Below are positions 28,519-39,617 of a DNA stretch of 64,000 nucleotides, piece by piece (the stretch's first letter is position 1; each line of letters opens with the position of its first letter). The stretch comes from Elusimicrobiota bacterium (GTDB lineage: Bacteria; Elusimicrobiota; Elusimicrobia; UBA1565; UBA9628), in NCBI GenBank assembly GCA_023213235.1, contig CP096137.1, forward strand, positions 2,350,723-2,414,722. Direction: 5' to 3'. The notes below the pieces were generated by a model that made no database searches, was not told the DNA's origin, and worked only from the letters and a program-made list of their open reading frames with translations. The position numbers were made by a program, and so were the translations under genes.

Positions 28519-30014
28519 ATGCGCGTCGACGGGGCGGAGATCGAGGCGTTCGAGGAGACCTTCGACTACGTCGTGGTCGGCTCCGGCGCCGCGGGAGCGA
28601 CGGCCGCCCGGGCCTTGGCGGAGACGGGCCGATCCGTCTGCGTGCTGGAAGAGGGGCGGACAACAAGCCCGAGAACTTCGGCGACGACGCCTGGTCGGCG
28701 TTCAAGACGATGTTCCGCGACATGAACGGGCAGGTCGCGCGCGGACGCGCCTTCATCCCGGTGATCCAGGGCCGCACGCTCGGCGGCTCGACGGTGATCA
28801 ATTCCGCGATCGTCTGGCGAGTCCCCGACGACGTGCTCGCCGAGTGGGCGGCGCTGGGGCTCGGCGACGCCCTGCCCGCGACCGAGCTGCACCGGCACTG
28901 GGACGCCATCGAGAAGGACCTCGACGTCGCCTCCACGCCTCCCGAGGCCTGGGGCGGCTTCAACCGGCTCATGCACGAGGCCGCGCTCAAGCTCGGCGTG
29001 CGCGGGGAGCCCACGCGCCGCTACGCCAAGGACTGCGGCGGGACGGCGCGCTGCCTGACGGGCTGCCCCTCGGGCGCCAAGCGCAGCATGCTGACGACGT
29101 ACCTGCCCGACGCGGAGGCCAAGGGTGCTTTGATCGTCACCGGCGCGGAGGCGCGCCGCGTCGTGCTCAAGGACGGACGCGCCGTCGCCGTCGAAGGACG
29201 CCTGGCCGGACGGGAGGGACGCTTCGTCGCGGCCGCGCGCCGCGCCGTCGTCGTGGCCGCCTCCGCGATCCAGACGCCGCAGCTGCTCGCGCGCAGCGGC
29301 GTGGTCTCCGCGCATCTGGGCGAGCACTTCATGGGCCATCCCGGCACGCCGATCTCCGGACTCTTCGACGGGCCCGGCAGCCTGTGGCGCGGCGCGACGC
29401 AGGGCTACGACGTCACGCACCGCCGCCGCGACGGGCGGGTCAAGATCGAGACGATCGGCCTGCCGCCCGAGGTCGTCTTCGCGCGCCTGCCCGGCGCGGG
29501 CGCGCGCTGGAAGGCGCGCATGGCCGAGGCCGCGCGCACGGCCGTGTTCGCCGTGCAGACGCGCGCGTGGGCGGAAGGCTCGGTCCGGGAGGGCGCCTTC
29601 GGCGCTAATATCCATTACGATCTCACGAAGCGCGACATGATGCAGATCCGCCGCGGCCTGCGCTTCGCCGCCGAGCTGCTCTTCGCCGCGGGCGCGCGCG
29701 AGGTGTGGCCCGGCGTGCACGGCCTGCCGGAGCGCCTGCTGCCCGGCCAGGAGGCGCGCCTCGAGTACGGCCCCGACGATCCCGCCTGCTACTCCTGGAT
29801 CCTGTCTCACCTGTTCGGCACGGCGCGCATGGCCGCTCACCGGGGACACGGGGTCGTCGGAACGGACTTCGCCGTGCACGGGGTCTCGAACCTCGTCGTC
29901 GCCGACTCCTCGGTGTTCCCGACGAACCTCGGCGTCAACCCGCAGCACGCGATCATGGCCGTCGCGCGGCTGTGCGCCGAGCGGCTGGCCGAACGGAGGA
30001 ACGGTGGAGCATAA
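28519..30014 (+). CDS. GMC family oxidoreductase (frameshift ~28655)
   Basis: FDYVVVGSGAAG FAD motif, GRTLGGSTVIN, CGGTARCLTGC, HLFGTARM, DSSVFPTNLGVNP. Confidence 0.9.
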
Positions 30015-30519
30015 GCCTCTGTACCGCCGGATGAAGGAGATGAACGGCGCCGAGCTCGGCGCGCTCATGGAGAGGGGGAAGGCCCCGGCCGAGGAGTCGC
30101 TCGCCGGCTGGGAGTTCCGCGGCTGGAACCACCCGCCGGTCCTCGCCTTGCTCGGCATCCGCAAGTTCGTGAAAGGCTTCTTCCGCGCCGGAGCGGGCCT
30201 CGAGGGCTACAACCGCCCGCCGCGCCAGGACGGCTTCGAGAACGAATGGACGGGCGCGGGCAGGCCGTTCGGCTTCTACGACGTCGTCGCCCCGCGCGCG
30301 CCCGACCTGCGCCTGCCGGGCGCGCTTCTGCTCGATTACGGAGCGAACGGACGCAACCCCGCGTGGAAGCCCGAACGCTTTCTGCGCGACTACCTCGTTC
30401 AGCCCGATCCCGCGGAGCCCGACGTCCTGCTCGGACTCGCGACGTTGGCCCTTCCCGGCCGTCCGGCGACCAACTATTTCCTGCTCGAGCGCCTTGGCCG
30501 GTCCGAATGGCGCCCTTAA
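30004..30519 (+). CDS. Hypothetical protein
   Basis: GGAGG RBS; KFVKGFF, LLDYG, LRDYLV; coupled to the GMC gene. Confidence 0.7.
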   Translation: MEHKPLYRRMKEMNGAELGALMERGKAPAEESLAGWEFRGWNHPPVLALLGIRKFVKGFFRAGAGLEGYNRPPRQDGFENEWTGAGRPFGFYDVVAPRAPDLRLPGALLLDYGANGRNPAWKPERFLRDYLVQPDPAEPDVLLGLATLALPGRPATNYFLLERLGRSEWRP

Positions 30520-31497
30520 AGATCCTCGTTCTGACGCTCAATACGGCGGCGCTGCCGCTCGTGCACCCGGCCGTGACCGAGCGCGTCGCCGCGCAGGCGG
30601 AGGCGATCGCCGCCGGAGGCTACGACGTCGTCGGGCTGCAGGAGGTATGGCTCAAGCGCGACGAGAACGTTTTCCGGCGGAAGGCCGGGCTCGCGCATGC
30701 CTATGCCGGCTCGTCCGGCTTTCCCGTGAGCGCGGGCCTGATGATCCTCTCGCGCTGGCCGTTCGCGCAGACCGAGGAGCGGGTCTTCTCCGTCCTGCGC
30801 CCGTCGTGGCTCAAGATCTCCAACGGGGAGCCGCTCGCGCGCAAGGGCGTCCTGCGCGCGCGCGTCGCGACGCCGGGGGGACCGCTCGACGTCTACGCGT
30901 CGCATCTGCTGTCCAACTACGGGGAAGGGACGTCCTACATGGGCCTGCGCACGGCCGAGCTCTTCGAGCTCGCCGAGTTCGTCCTCGAGCGCTCGTCGAC
31001 GACGCCCTACGTGATCCTCGCCGACCTCAACGCCGGGCGGGGCACGCGCGATTTCGACTTGTTCATGGACCTGCTCGGCGCGCGCGACGCCTGCCGGAAA
31101 GGGGACGCGGAGCTCTGCGGCGACCGCCGCCGGGGCGGCGAGCGCATCGACTTCGTCCTCCTGCCGCCGGGGGCCCCGCACGCCGTCGCGCGGAGTCTTC
31201 GACGGCCCCATTCCCGAGAGGACTCCGCCGCTGCCCTGGTCCGACCATAGCGGCTACGCCGCTTTGCTTAATAGCGCGCACCTTCGCGCGCCCGCCGCGC
31301 CGGACCGCCGCCGGCGCGAGGCCGCGCTCGCGGAGTTCGCGGAGCGCATGACGCGGATGATCGCCCTGCTCGACGCGGAGGGCCGCCGCGCGGCGCGGTT
31401 CCCGCTGTACGGGGCGCTCGCGAAGGCCCGCTACGCCCGGCAGTCGGCCGTCTTGTCCGCGCTGCGGGAGCGCGCGCTGTCGGCTAGTCGGCGTTGA
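30507..31497 (+). CDS. Endonuclease/exonuclease/phosphatase family protein, neutral-sphingomyelinase-like (frameshift ~31190)
   Basis: LTLN, DVVGLQEVW, GLMILSRWP, KG, ADLN, RIDFV, and SDH in the shifted frame. Confidence 0.8.
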
Positions 31498-32644
31498 CGA
31501 CGCGCGTGTCGGCGAGCAGGTCGTGCCAGCCGCGGCGCTGCGGCTCCCAGAACGCCCACAGGTAGCCGAGCCCGGCCGCGTAGCCGGACAGCAGGGACGC
31601 CGCCGCGCGCGTCATGCGCTGCTTGTTGTCGAGCGGCTTGCCGTCCATCGAGACGACCTTGAGCTTCATCAGCTTTTTGCCGGGCGTCGTGCCCCAGCGC
31701 TTGAGGAACACGAGGCTGTAGACGAACCAGGCCCCGGCGAAGAACCAGTCGCGGCCGCGCTTCGAGCCGCGCTTCGCGTCCTCGTCTACTTCCACCTGAA
31801 GTCCCTGCTTGTTGTCGTAGACGACCTTCGTGCCGTCGTCGTTCTTGACGTCGAGATTGAGTCCCTTCACGTTGATCGAGACCTTGCCGCCGCCCTCGAG
31901 CTTCTTGGTCGCGCGGACCCCCGGCCCGCCGTTGTCGCCGAACACCGCCGAGGTCAGCAGCGCGACGAGGATCCCGTCGATGATCAGGGCGCCGAAGCGC
32001 TTCCACGTGGACGGGACCGGGGCGGCGCCCGCGCCGGCGGGAACGGCCGTCGCGGCGGGCATGAGGCCGAACAGGCGCCGCGCGCCGGCGTCGGCCGCCG
32101 ACGCGGACGCGGCGCCGAGAGGCTCCTCGCGGCGCACCTTGTAGACGCGGATCTTCTCGGGGATGCCCTTGAGCTGCATGAGGCCGATCTCGCTCGAGGG
32201 GACCTCGGTCTTGTTCATCGCGAGGTAAACGGCCTCGGTGAACCACACCTGGCCGGCCTCGGCGATGCCCTCGATGCGCGCCGTGATGTTGACGGCTTCG
32301 CCGAACACGTCGCCGTCGACGAGGTTGATCTCGCCGGCGTTGATCGCGATGCGAATCTCGAGCCGGTCGCCGGAGTCGCGGCCCTCGTTGCGCTTGGCCA
32401 GCGCCTCCTGGACGGCGACGCCCGCGAGAACGGCGTTCGTCGGGCTCTCGAACGTCATCAGGAACGCGTCGCCGATCGTCTTCACGAGATGGCCGCCGCG
32501 TTCCTCGAGGATCGGCAGGACGAGCGAGCGGTGCTCGTCGAGCATGGTCTGGATATCGGCGCGCGTCTTCGCCGAGGTCTTGTCGGTGAAGCCCTTGATG
32601 TCCGTGAGGAGGATCGTCAGGTGTCGCGTGGTCGGGGCGGCCAT
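31484..32644 (-). CDS. Class III adenylate cyclase fused to an RDD membrane domain
   Basis: TDIKGFT, KTIGDA, DVFGEAVNITARIE; C-terminal WKRFGALIIDG...TPGKKLMKLKVV...RRGWHDLLADTRVV. Confidence 0.9.
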   Translation of the reverse strand: MAAPTTRHLTILLTDIKGFTDKTSAKTRADIQTMLDEHRSLVLPILEERGGHLVKTIGDAFLMTFESPTNAVLAGVAVQEALAKRNEGRDSGDRLEIRIAINAGEINLVDGDVFGEAVNITARIEGIAEAGQVWFTEAVYLAMNKTEVPSSEIGLMQLKGIPEKIRVYKVRREEPLGAASASAADAGARRLFGLMPAATAVPAGAGAAPVPSTWKRFGALIIDGILVALLTSAVFGDNGGPGVRATKKLEGGGKVSINVKGLNLDVKNDDGTKVVYDNKQGLQVEVDEDAKRGSKRGRDWFFAGAWFVYSLVFLKRWGTTPGKKLMKLKVVSMDGKPLDNKQRMTRAAASLLSGYAAGLGYLWAFWEPQRRGWHDLLADTRVVNAD

Positions 32645-32656
32645 GCGCTTATGATA

Positions 32657-34247
32657 TCACAGGCTCGACGCGTAGGGGGCGCCGAGCGCGGACAGGACGT
32701 CCTGCGCCGCGCGCACGCCGCGGTCGACGGCCTCCTCGAAGATCGACGCGCCCGACAGGTCGGAGTGCGCGAAGTGGATCGGGCCGAGCGGACGCGCGGC
32801 CTCGCGGCGCTCCGCGCCCGTGATGAAGCCCGGCCTCGGCAGGATCATGCCGTGGCCCCAGACCCAGCCGTCGAGGAGCGTCACCGAACCCCGAAGGCCC
32901 GGCAGGCCGCGCTCGAGGTCGGCGAGACACTCCTCGCGCCAGTCGGCGAGCGGGCGGCGGTAGGCGGCCATGCGCCTGCCGTCGGGATCGCCCGTCAGCG
33001 GCCGGTAGTAGGTCCACACCGAGTTCCGGCGGTTCGTCGCGAAGCTTTGGTGTCCCGCGTCCACGTAGCCGAGGCCCTCGCCTCCGTAGATCACGTTGTC
33101 CCACGCCGGCGCGGCGCCGAGGCCGGCGGGGGATTCTCGACCGTGAGGTTCGCGACGAACCACGGGGCGTACACGAAGCCCGACGGGCGCTTGTCCTCGC
33201 GCAGCGGCGCGACGATCCGGCGCGCGGCGAAGCGCGGCGCGCACACGATCGCGCGCTTGGCGCGGATGCGCCGCGTACGCCCGGCCTCGGCGTCGTACCA
33301 CAGCACCCGGGCGCCCCCGTTTTCGATTTCGACGTCGTAGGCGAGCGCGCGCGTGCGCACGCGCGCTCCCAGCGCGTCGGCGAGCCCGCGCACGAGAAAG
33401 CCGTTTCCCTCCGGCCAGACCAGAAACTGATCGTCTTCGCCTTCGCCGCGCGCGGCGTAGTAATGGAGTCCCGCCCACGCCGAAACCTCGGCGAGGCCGC
33501 CGCCGAAGTCGTCGCGGCACGCGTACTCCACGTACCAGCGCAGCCGCTTGGAGCGGAAGCCCTCGCGCGAGAGCCACGCGTCCATCGTCAGCGCGTCGAG
33601 CGCGAGCAGTTCGGGGTCGCGCGACGAGAGCTCCATCGGGATCGCGAACGCGGGCTTGCCGTCCGCCCCGGTCCGGCGGCGCAGCCGCGCGATCAGAGCG
33701 TGGAAGCGGTCGAGCTCGGCGAGGTCCGAGGGCTCCGCGCCGAGGCGGGGAACAGCCCGTCCTGCCAGCGCCCCGCGACATAGAGCCGCTCGGCCGGCGC
33801 GTGGCAGCGCATCGACTCGTCGTACACGGGCCGGCCGCCCTTCTCGCCGACGATGACCTTGAGGTCTCGCAGTATCTCGCGCACCGCGCGCGCTCGCGGC
33901 CCGGGAACCGGGAGGTAGTGCGCGCCCCACGGGTAGCGCGACACCGCGTTCTCGCCCCAGGCCGCGTTGCCGCCCGCGCGGCGCTCGAGGTCGAGCACGA
34001 CGAAGTCCTTGAAGCCCGAGCGCAGCAGCTTCCAGCCCGCCGCGAGGCCCGCGGCGCCGCCGCCGACGATCACGACGGGGACCGTTTCCTCGGAGGACGG
34101 CGCGTCGAACTTCCCGGCGCGCAGGCGGTGGCCGAGCTCGTGGTCGGGACCCAGCAGCTCGCCCGGGATCGCGCGCTCCGTGCGGCACGCGCCGAGCAAA
34201 GCGGACGCGATCGCCCCGCCGATGAACTCCCTACGCGTGAGGCCCAA
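32657..34247 (-). CDS. Tat-exported FAD-dependent amine-oxidase-like lipoprotein (frameshifts ~33745, ~33130)
   Basis: TRREF twin-Arg and LLGAC lipobox; VIVGGGAAG; WGAHYLP; WGHGM; HSDLSGASIFEEA. Confidence 0.85.
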
Positions 34248-35749
34248 TTATCCGCCGTGGTGGATGCGGGCCCACTCGCGCTCGTAGTTCTGGACGAGGA
34301 CCTGGGTGTCGAGGCGGTTGGGCTCGGCGGGGACGCGCGCCATGTCGGCGGGGAAGTCGAACATCCCCCGCGCGATGGCGGGCGTCAGGTAGCGCAGGCC
34401 GGGCGGGAAGCGCTCGGGGACGCGGTACGGGCCGCGCGAGCCGATGACGAAGCCCCACTCGCCGAAGGACGGAACGTAGGCGTGGTACGGGCTCGACGCG
34501 AGGCCGGCGGCCTCCATCGTCGCGACGACGGTCCAGAACGTCTTCCGCGCGAACAGGGGAGAGGTCGATTGGACGGAGACGAGTCCGTCCGGCGCGAGCC
34601 GCCGCGTCAGCAGGCGATAGAACGCCGTCGTGTACAGCTTGCCGACGGCGTAGTTCGAGGGGTCCGGGAAGTCGATGATCACGACGTCGAAGGAACGAGC
34701 GGAATTCTGCAGCCATTTGTAGGCGTCGGCGTTGACGACCTCCATGCGCGGGTCGCGCAGCGCGCCGCCGTTGAGGCGCGAGAGCTCGGCGTGCTCGGAG
34801 AAAAGCTTCGTCATGAGCGGGTCGAGGTCGACGAGCGTGACGCGCTCGACGCGGCCGTCGCGCAGGACCTCGCGCGCCGCGAGGCCGTCGCCGCCGCCGA
34901 GGATCAAGACCTGGCGCGGAGCGCCGTGCGCCGAGAGCGCGGGGTGGACGAGAGCCTCGTGATAGCGGTACTCGTCCATCGTCGAGAACTGCAGGCTGCC
35001 GTTGAGGAACAGCCGCCAGTCGTCCTTCCAGCGCGTCAGCACGATGCGCTGATAGGGGAGGACCTCGAGAAGATCACCTCGTCGGCGTACATGTCGCCCT
35101 CCGCGCGCGAGGCGATGCGCCCGGAGAAGACGAGGCCGAGCACCAGCGCGCACGCGGCCGCCGCGCAGCTCGCCCGCAATCCCGCGCGCTCGGGGATCGC
35201 GTCTCGGAACAGGTGCAAGGTCGCCGCGGCGACGCCGACGTTGAGCAGGCCGAAGAGCAGCGCCGTGTTCAGCAGGCCGAGCTTCGGCACGAGCACGAGC
35301 GGGAACAGCACGGAGGCGAACAGCGCGCCCAGGTAGTCCATCGTGAGGACCTGGGAGACGAGGTCCTTGAAATCGAGGCGATCGCGCAGGATGCGCATGA
35401 GCAGCGGGATCTCGAGCCCGACGAGCGCGCCGACGACGAAGACGACGAGGTAGAGCAGGACGCGGAAGCCCGTCGCGTGCGCGAACGAGAGGAAGAGCAG
35501 CGTCGATGAGAAGCCGCCGACGACGCCGACGAGCAGCTCGACCTGCACGAAGCGGGCCGCCAGCCCCTTCCCGACGAACCGCGACAGCCACGAGCCGACG
35601 CCCATCGCGAACAGGTACGCCCCGATGACGGTCGAGAACTGCAGGACCGTGTCGCCGAGCAGGTAGCTCGCGAGCGCTCCCGCCACGAGCTCGTAGACGA
35701 GCCCGCAGGTCGCGACCAGGAACAGCGAGGCGAACAGCGCGACGGTCAC
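34248..35749 (-). CDS. speE: Membrane-bound polyamine aminopropyltransferase, spermidine-synthase-like (frameshift ~35060)
   Basis: About 7 TM N-domain (CGLVYEL, GLEIPL, DYLGAL); LFLNGSLQF, YHEALVHP, ILGGGDGLAAREV, IDFPDP. Confidence 0.9.
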
Positions 35750-35750
35750 G

Positions 35751-35969
35751 TCAGCCCAGCATCGACGCGGCGATGATCAGGCCCATCGCGACCGAGAGGC
35801 CCGCCATGACGGTGGCCAGCGCGCGGTTCTGCTTGGCGATGATCTCGTTCCAGAGGTCGTAGGGCGTCAGCTTGTCGAAGATCACGAACCAGGCGAAGAA
35901 TACGGCGGCCCCGAGGCCCGAGTACACGACCGCGCCGAGCAGGTGCTGCGCGTCCAGTATGGTCTTCAT
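35751..35969 (-). CDS. DUF350 family membrane protein
   Basis: FDKLTPYDLWNEIIAKQNRALA between two TM helices. Confidence 0.85.
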   Translation of the reverse strand: MKTILDAQHLLGAVVYSGLGAAVFFAWFVIFDKLTPYDLWNEIIAKQNRALATVMAGLSVAMGLIIAASMLG

Positions 35970-36151
35970 CACTTCCCTCCGTAGTATCGATGGTAGCCGG
36001 AATAATGCGAGCGGTAGGAACCGGGATTGTCGCGCACGGACTTCGGGACGCCGGGCACGCGCTCGACGGGCGTGAACCACCAGCCCGTCCACAGCGCCCA
36101 GGCGCCGAAGGCCGCGACCGCGGCCGCGTACAGGCGGTACCAGCGGTTCAT
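35969..36151 (-). CDS. 60-aa membrane-anchored peptide ending in GGK
   Basis: TM segment, then VPKSVRDNPGSYRSHYSGYHRYYGGK; start/stop overlaps on both sides. Confidence 0.8.
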   Translation of the reverse strand: MNRWYRLYAAAVAAFGAWALWTGWWFTPVERVPGVPKSVRDNPGSYRSHYSGYHRYYGGK

Positions 36152-37526
36152 TCGTCGTCCTCCCATTCCTCGGAGACGCGCGGGTGGTCGCTTTCCATCC
36201 AGCGCGAGGTCTCGAACACCGAGGAGCGGAGCGCGGCGAACAGCGGGGGCAGAAGCAGGAGGATCACGCAGATGAACGGCCAGCGCGCCAGCGGCGTGCC
36301 CCGCTTGACGGCCACGCGCAGTCCTAATCGAGCCGAGTCGGTCTCCGGCTCGACGCGCAGGTAGTAGCGGCCGGGGGAACGCTCGGCACCTGCACGGTCG
36401 CGTAGCGGGAGCCCTCGCTCCACGATTCCCCGCCGTCGTACCCGTGGTAGTACGAGAGCTCCCGGCCGAAGTCGAGGGCCTGATCGGTGTCGGCGTTGAT
36501 GAGCGCCAGCGACACGTACGCCCACTGCTGGTCGAGATTGGAATCGAGCAGGACCTCGACGTTCGTCGCCCGGCCGCCCGGCAGTTCGAAGACTTCGGTC
36601 ACGCGCGAGCGCTCGGCCTCGCCGGCGGCGACGTCGAACTCGCCGCGATAGGACTCGGGCGGGTTGCCGGCGGCGGCGGCGAGCCACAGGTAGGCGCCGA
36701 TGCAGACGGCCGAGGCGACGGTGAAGACGCCCCACATGCCGAGCAGCTGGGAGCCCCACGGATTCGGCTGCGCGGGGCCGACGCCGATCTTGGACGGCGG
36801 GGAGCCGGGCAGCGCGAAGGCGGCCCAGATCTCCTCGGGCTCGACGTACTCGCCGGCGCTCCAGACCGTTTCGGCCGCCGTGATCTCCTGAGAGAGCAGA
36901 TACGGAGGGTCGATGAAGTCGCGCATGCGCGCCGCGTCGCCGACGGTCGCGATCCACGGAAACTCGCCGTAGACGGCGGTCGTGACCGGCACGCTCGTCT
37001 GGAAGTGCTGGTAGACGCGGCCGTCGAGCGTCGCCGTCGGCGCGCGGCCGGCGTCGGGGTTCTGTGCGTTCGACATCTCGGGCGGCACGATGTCCTTGTC
37101 GGCCTTCGCGGGAAGATCGGGGTGGAGCTTCTTCGCCTTGGCCGGGACGGCGGCCGCGGGCGCCGCGGGCGCCGCCGGCGCCTCTGCGTCGTCCTCCGCC
37201 GGGCGGCCCGCGACGTTCTCGACTCCCGTCAGGCGGCGCAGGACGAGGATCTCTCCGGCGTCGAACCAGATCGAGCCGCAGGCGCCGCAGCGGTCGGCCT
37301 CGATGCCGCCGTCGTAAGCCTTGCCCGTCTCCATCGGCCGCCGGCAGCGCGGACAGTCGAACCGCGCCGGCGTCGCCCCGACGAGCTTCAACGGCACGGC
37401 CAGACCGTCCTTCGGGTACAGCACCCCGGAGCAGCCGGTGCAATGCTGGACGATCACGCCGGGCGCGGGCTCGTGCGCCTCGAGAGGGGCCTTGCACTTG
37501 GGACAGTCGAAGCGCTCGGCCATCAT
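36148..37526 (-). CDS. Double TFIIB-type zinc ribbon + C-terminal half of DUF4178 + TM/periplasmic domain (frameshift ~36375)
   Basis: CPKC..CTGC, CPRC..CGACGSIWFDAGE; YQHFQTS..YGEFPW..VWSAGEY; ends FETSRWMESD. Confidence 0.75.
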
Positions 37527-37897
37527 CGCTCCTTGACCTTCGTCTCGACGGTCTTGAGCAGGTTCCAGTGGCCGTTCGACTCGACGAGCCAGCGGAAGCC
37601 CTTGTAGGGGTTCCACAGCAGGTACTCGTTCCACTGGTAGATCACGCCGGAGTAGCGCACCGCCCGCGTCTGCCGGCCGATGACCTCGAGCTTCTCGCCG
37701 CGCAAGGTCCCGCGCGCGCCGATCGGAAGCCACGGCGCACGGCCGAGTTTGGCCCGGTAGCGGGCGAGAATCTGATGGCGGGGGTCGCGCGCGTCGAGCA
37801 CCGCGCCGCAGTGCTCGCAGGCGAGGCTGTCGCTGACGCCCTCGGCGCGCAGGACGAGCGGAGCGCCGCACGACGTGCAGTCGAAGCGCGCGCTCAC
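37523..37897 (-). CDS. Zinc ribbon + N-terminal half of DUF4178
   Basis: CTSCGAPL..CEHCGAVLD; IGARGTLRG..WNEYLLWNPYKGFRWLVESNGHW. Confidence 0.75.
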   Translation of the reverse strand: MSARFDCTSCGAPLVLRAEGVSDSLACEHCGAVLDARDPRHQILARYRAKLGRAPWLPIGARGTLRGEKLEVIGRQTRAVRYSGVIYQWNEYLLWNPYKGFRWLVESNGHWNLLKTVETKVKER

Positions 37898-38518
37898 GTC
37901 CAGCCCTCGAACGTCTTGAGCCCGGTCAACGACAGGGCGTCGAAGCCCTGGTACTCGCCGGCGAACACGACGGCCGGCGTCTCGGAGTAGTCGAACGTCG
38001 CGAAGGCGCCCTTCTCTCCGATGAGGTCGGCCGACCGAGCCTTCTCGCCGAGCGGGGGCGAAACGGCAGTTCGCCCTGCGCCGCGAGGTAGGCCGCCTCG
38101 ATGATCTCGCGGACCTCGTAGACCGTCCCCTCGACGTCGACCTTCGCGCCGAGCTTGAGAGCGCGGAGGTCCGGCGCCTTCTGCTCGACCTTGAAGCTCA
38201 CCGCGTAGGTGCCCTGCGCCTCGCCGAGCCAGCCCTGGCGGCCGTCGGCGAAGACGAGGCACCATTCGTTCCAGAAGCCGCGCGGGGTCTTGAGCTGGAC
38301 GCGCCCGACGACGTCGAACGGGGCGGCCCGGTAGACGCCGCGCGCGCCGACCTGAAGGGGGAGCCGTCGGGCTGAAGCTGGGCCGATTCGCCGAGCTTCT
38401 CGACGTCGAGATCCGATCTGCGCACGAGCGCGCGGCAGAACGGGCACACGGCCAGGAGCATGATCGACGTCCGGAAGGGAACCTGCGCGCCGCACGACGG
38501 GCACTTGCGCTCGATCAT
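37894..38518 (-). CDS. Zinc ribbon + DUF4178 protein (frameshifts ~38360, ~38055)
   Basis: CPSCGA..CPFC; VVGRVQ..WNEW..GWLGEAQG; AQGELPF; FATFDYS. Confidence 0.8.
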
Positions 38519-39617
38519 GAAGTTCCAGAGATTATCGGACTTGCCTTGGGCGAAAGCAAGCCGAGATTCTCGGAAAGTCCGGGGTTGCTGCCGTCGAAGC
38601 GCCACAGCCAGGCGTCGAGCAGGTAGTGCGTCGCCTGCGGCAGGGCGAGCAGCGGGATGAGCACGGCCGCCATGCCGCCCGCCGGCGCCCAGGACGCCGT
38701 CGTTCCGAAGAAGATCGCCCCGTGCTCCTTCCAGACGAGGGAGTCCCACACGCCTTCCTCGAGATACGCGAGCGCCAGCAGAAAGCCCGCGAAGGCGAGC
38801 ACGCCGGAGACGGTGGCCTCGTGCCAGCGTTCGCGCCAGCTCCCGTCCTTCCAGGCGCGCCGGCCGTACAGCCAGACCAGGGCATAATAAGGAATCCCGT
38901 GCGCCGCGATGTTGGTGACAGTGAACGCGAAGTCCGAGTTCGTCGCGACGATGCCGACGTACCACGCCGCGGCCGTCGTCCCGATCACGGCGAGCTTGCC
39001 GGGATGGACCTCGAGGCCGTATTTGCGCCGCCAGAGCTGGCGCCCGGCGAACGCCCCGAGCACCGCGGCGTACGCGCCGCCCGCCCACGCGCCCGCCGCG
39101 CGGTTGAGCGCCAGGAAGTCGCCCTGCACGAACCACCAGAATTTGCGCGCGGGATCGGCATGCCAGTAGACGAGAGGATAGAGCATCGTGGCGTAGATCG
39201 CCGCGGCCTCGAGCCGTTGCTCCCACGCAGGCTTCGGACCCTCGAGGTGGGCGTACGCGCGCATGAAGCCGTACTGCTGGCGCACGAAGTGGAACACCGC
39301 GAGATAGGCGAGCGCTCGCCAGAACGCCAGCGGGGAGACGCGGTACAGAAGCGCGCCCACGAGCCAGGCCGCGACCGGGAGATAGGTGTACAGAGCGCGG
39401 CGGCGCGGGAACTCGACTGGATCGAGGTACGTCCTATAAAGCGTGGCGTACACGTGCCCGACGTCGATGAACACGACGAAGATCAGCCAGCCCCACGGCG
39501 GCGTGTCCGGCGCGCGCAGCGCGGGGATCAGGAGCACCGCCAAGGCGGCGAACAGCGGAGGCCCGGCGAACCAGCCGAGGTCGAAGGCGGGGAGTGCAGC
39601 CAGCGGCGCTCCGTCAC
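38515..39617 (-). CDS. Polytopic membrane protein with conserved His motifs (frameshift ~39590)
   Basis: TATGAT-6 nt-GTG 39617; DVGHVYAT, FHFVRQQYG, AHGIPY, THYLLDAWLW; stop overlaps the DUF4178 start. Confidence 0.75.
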
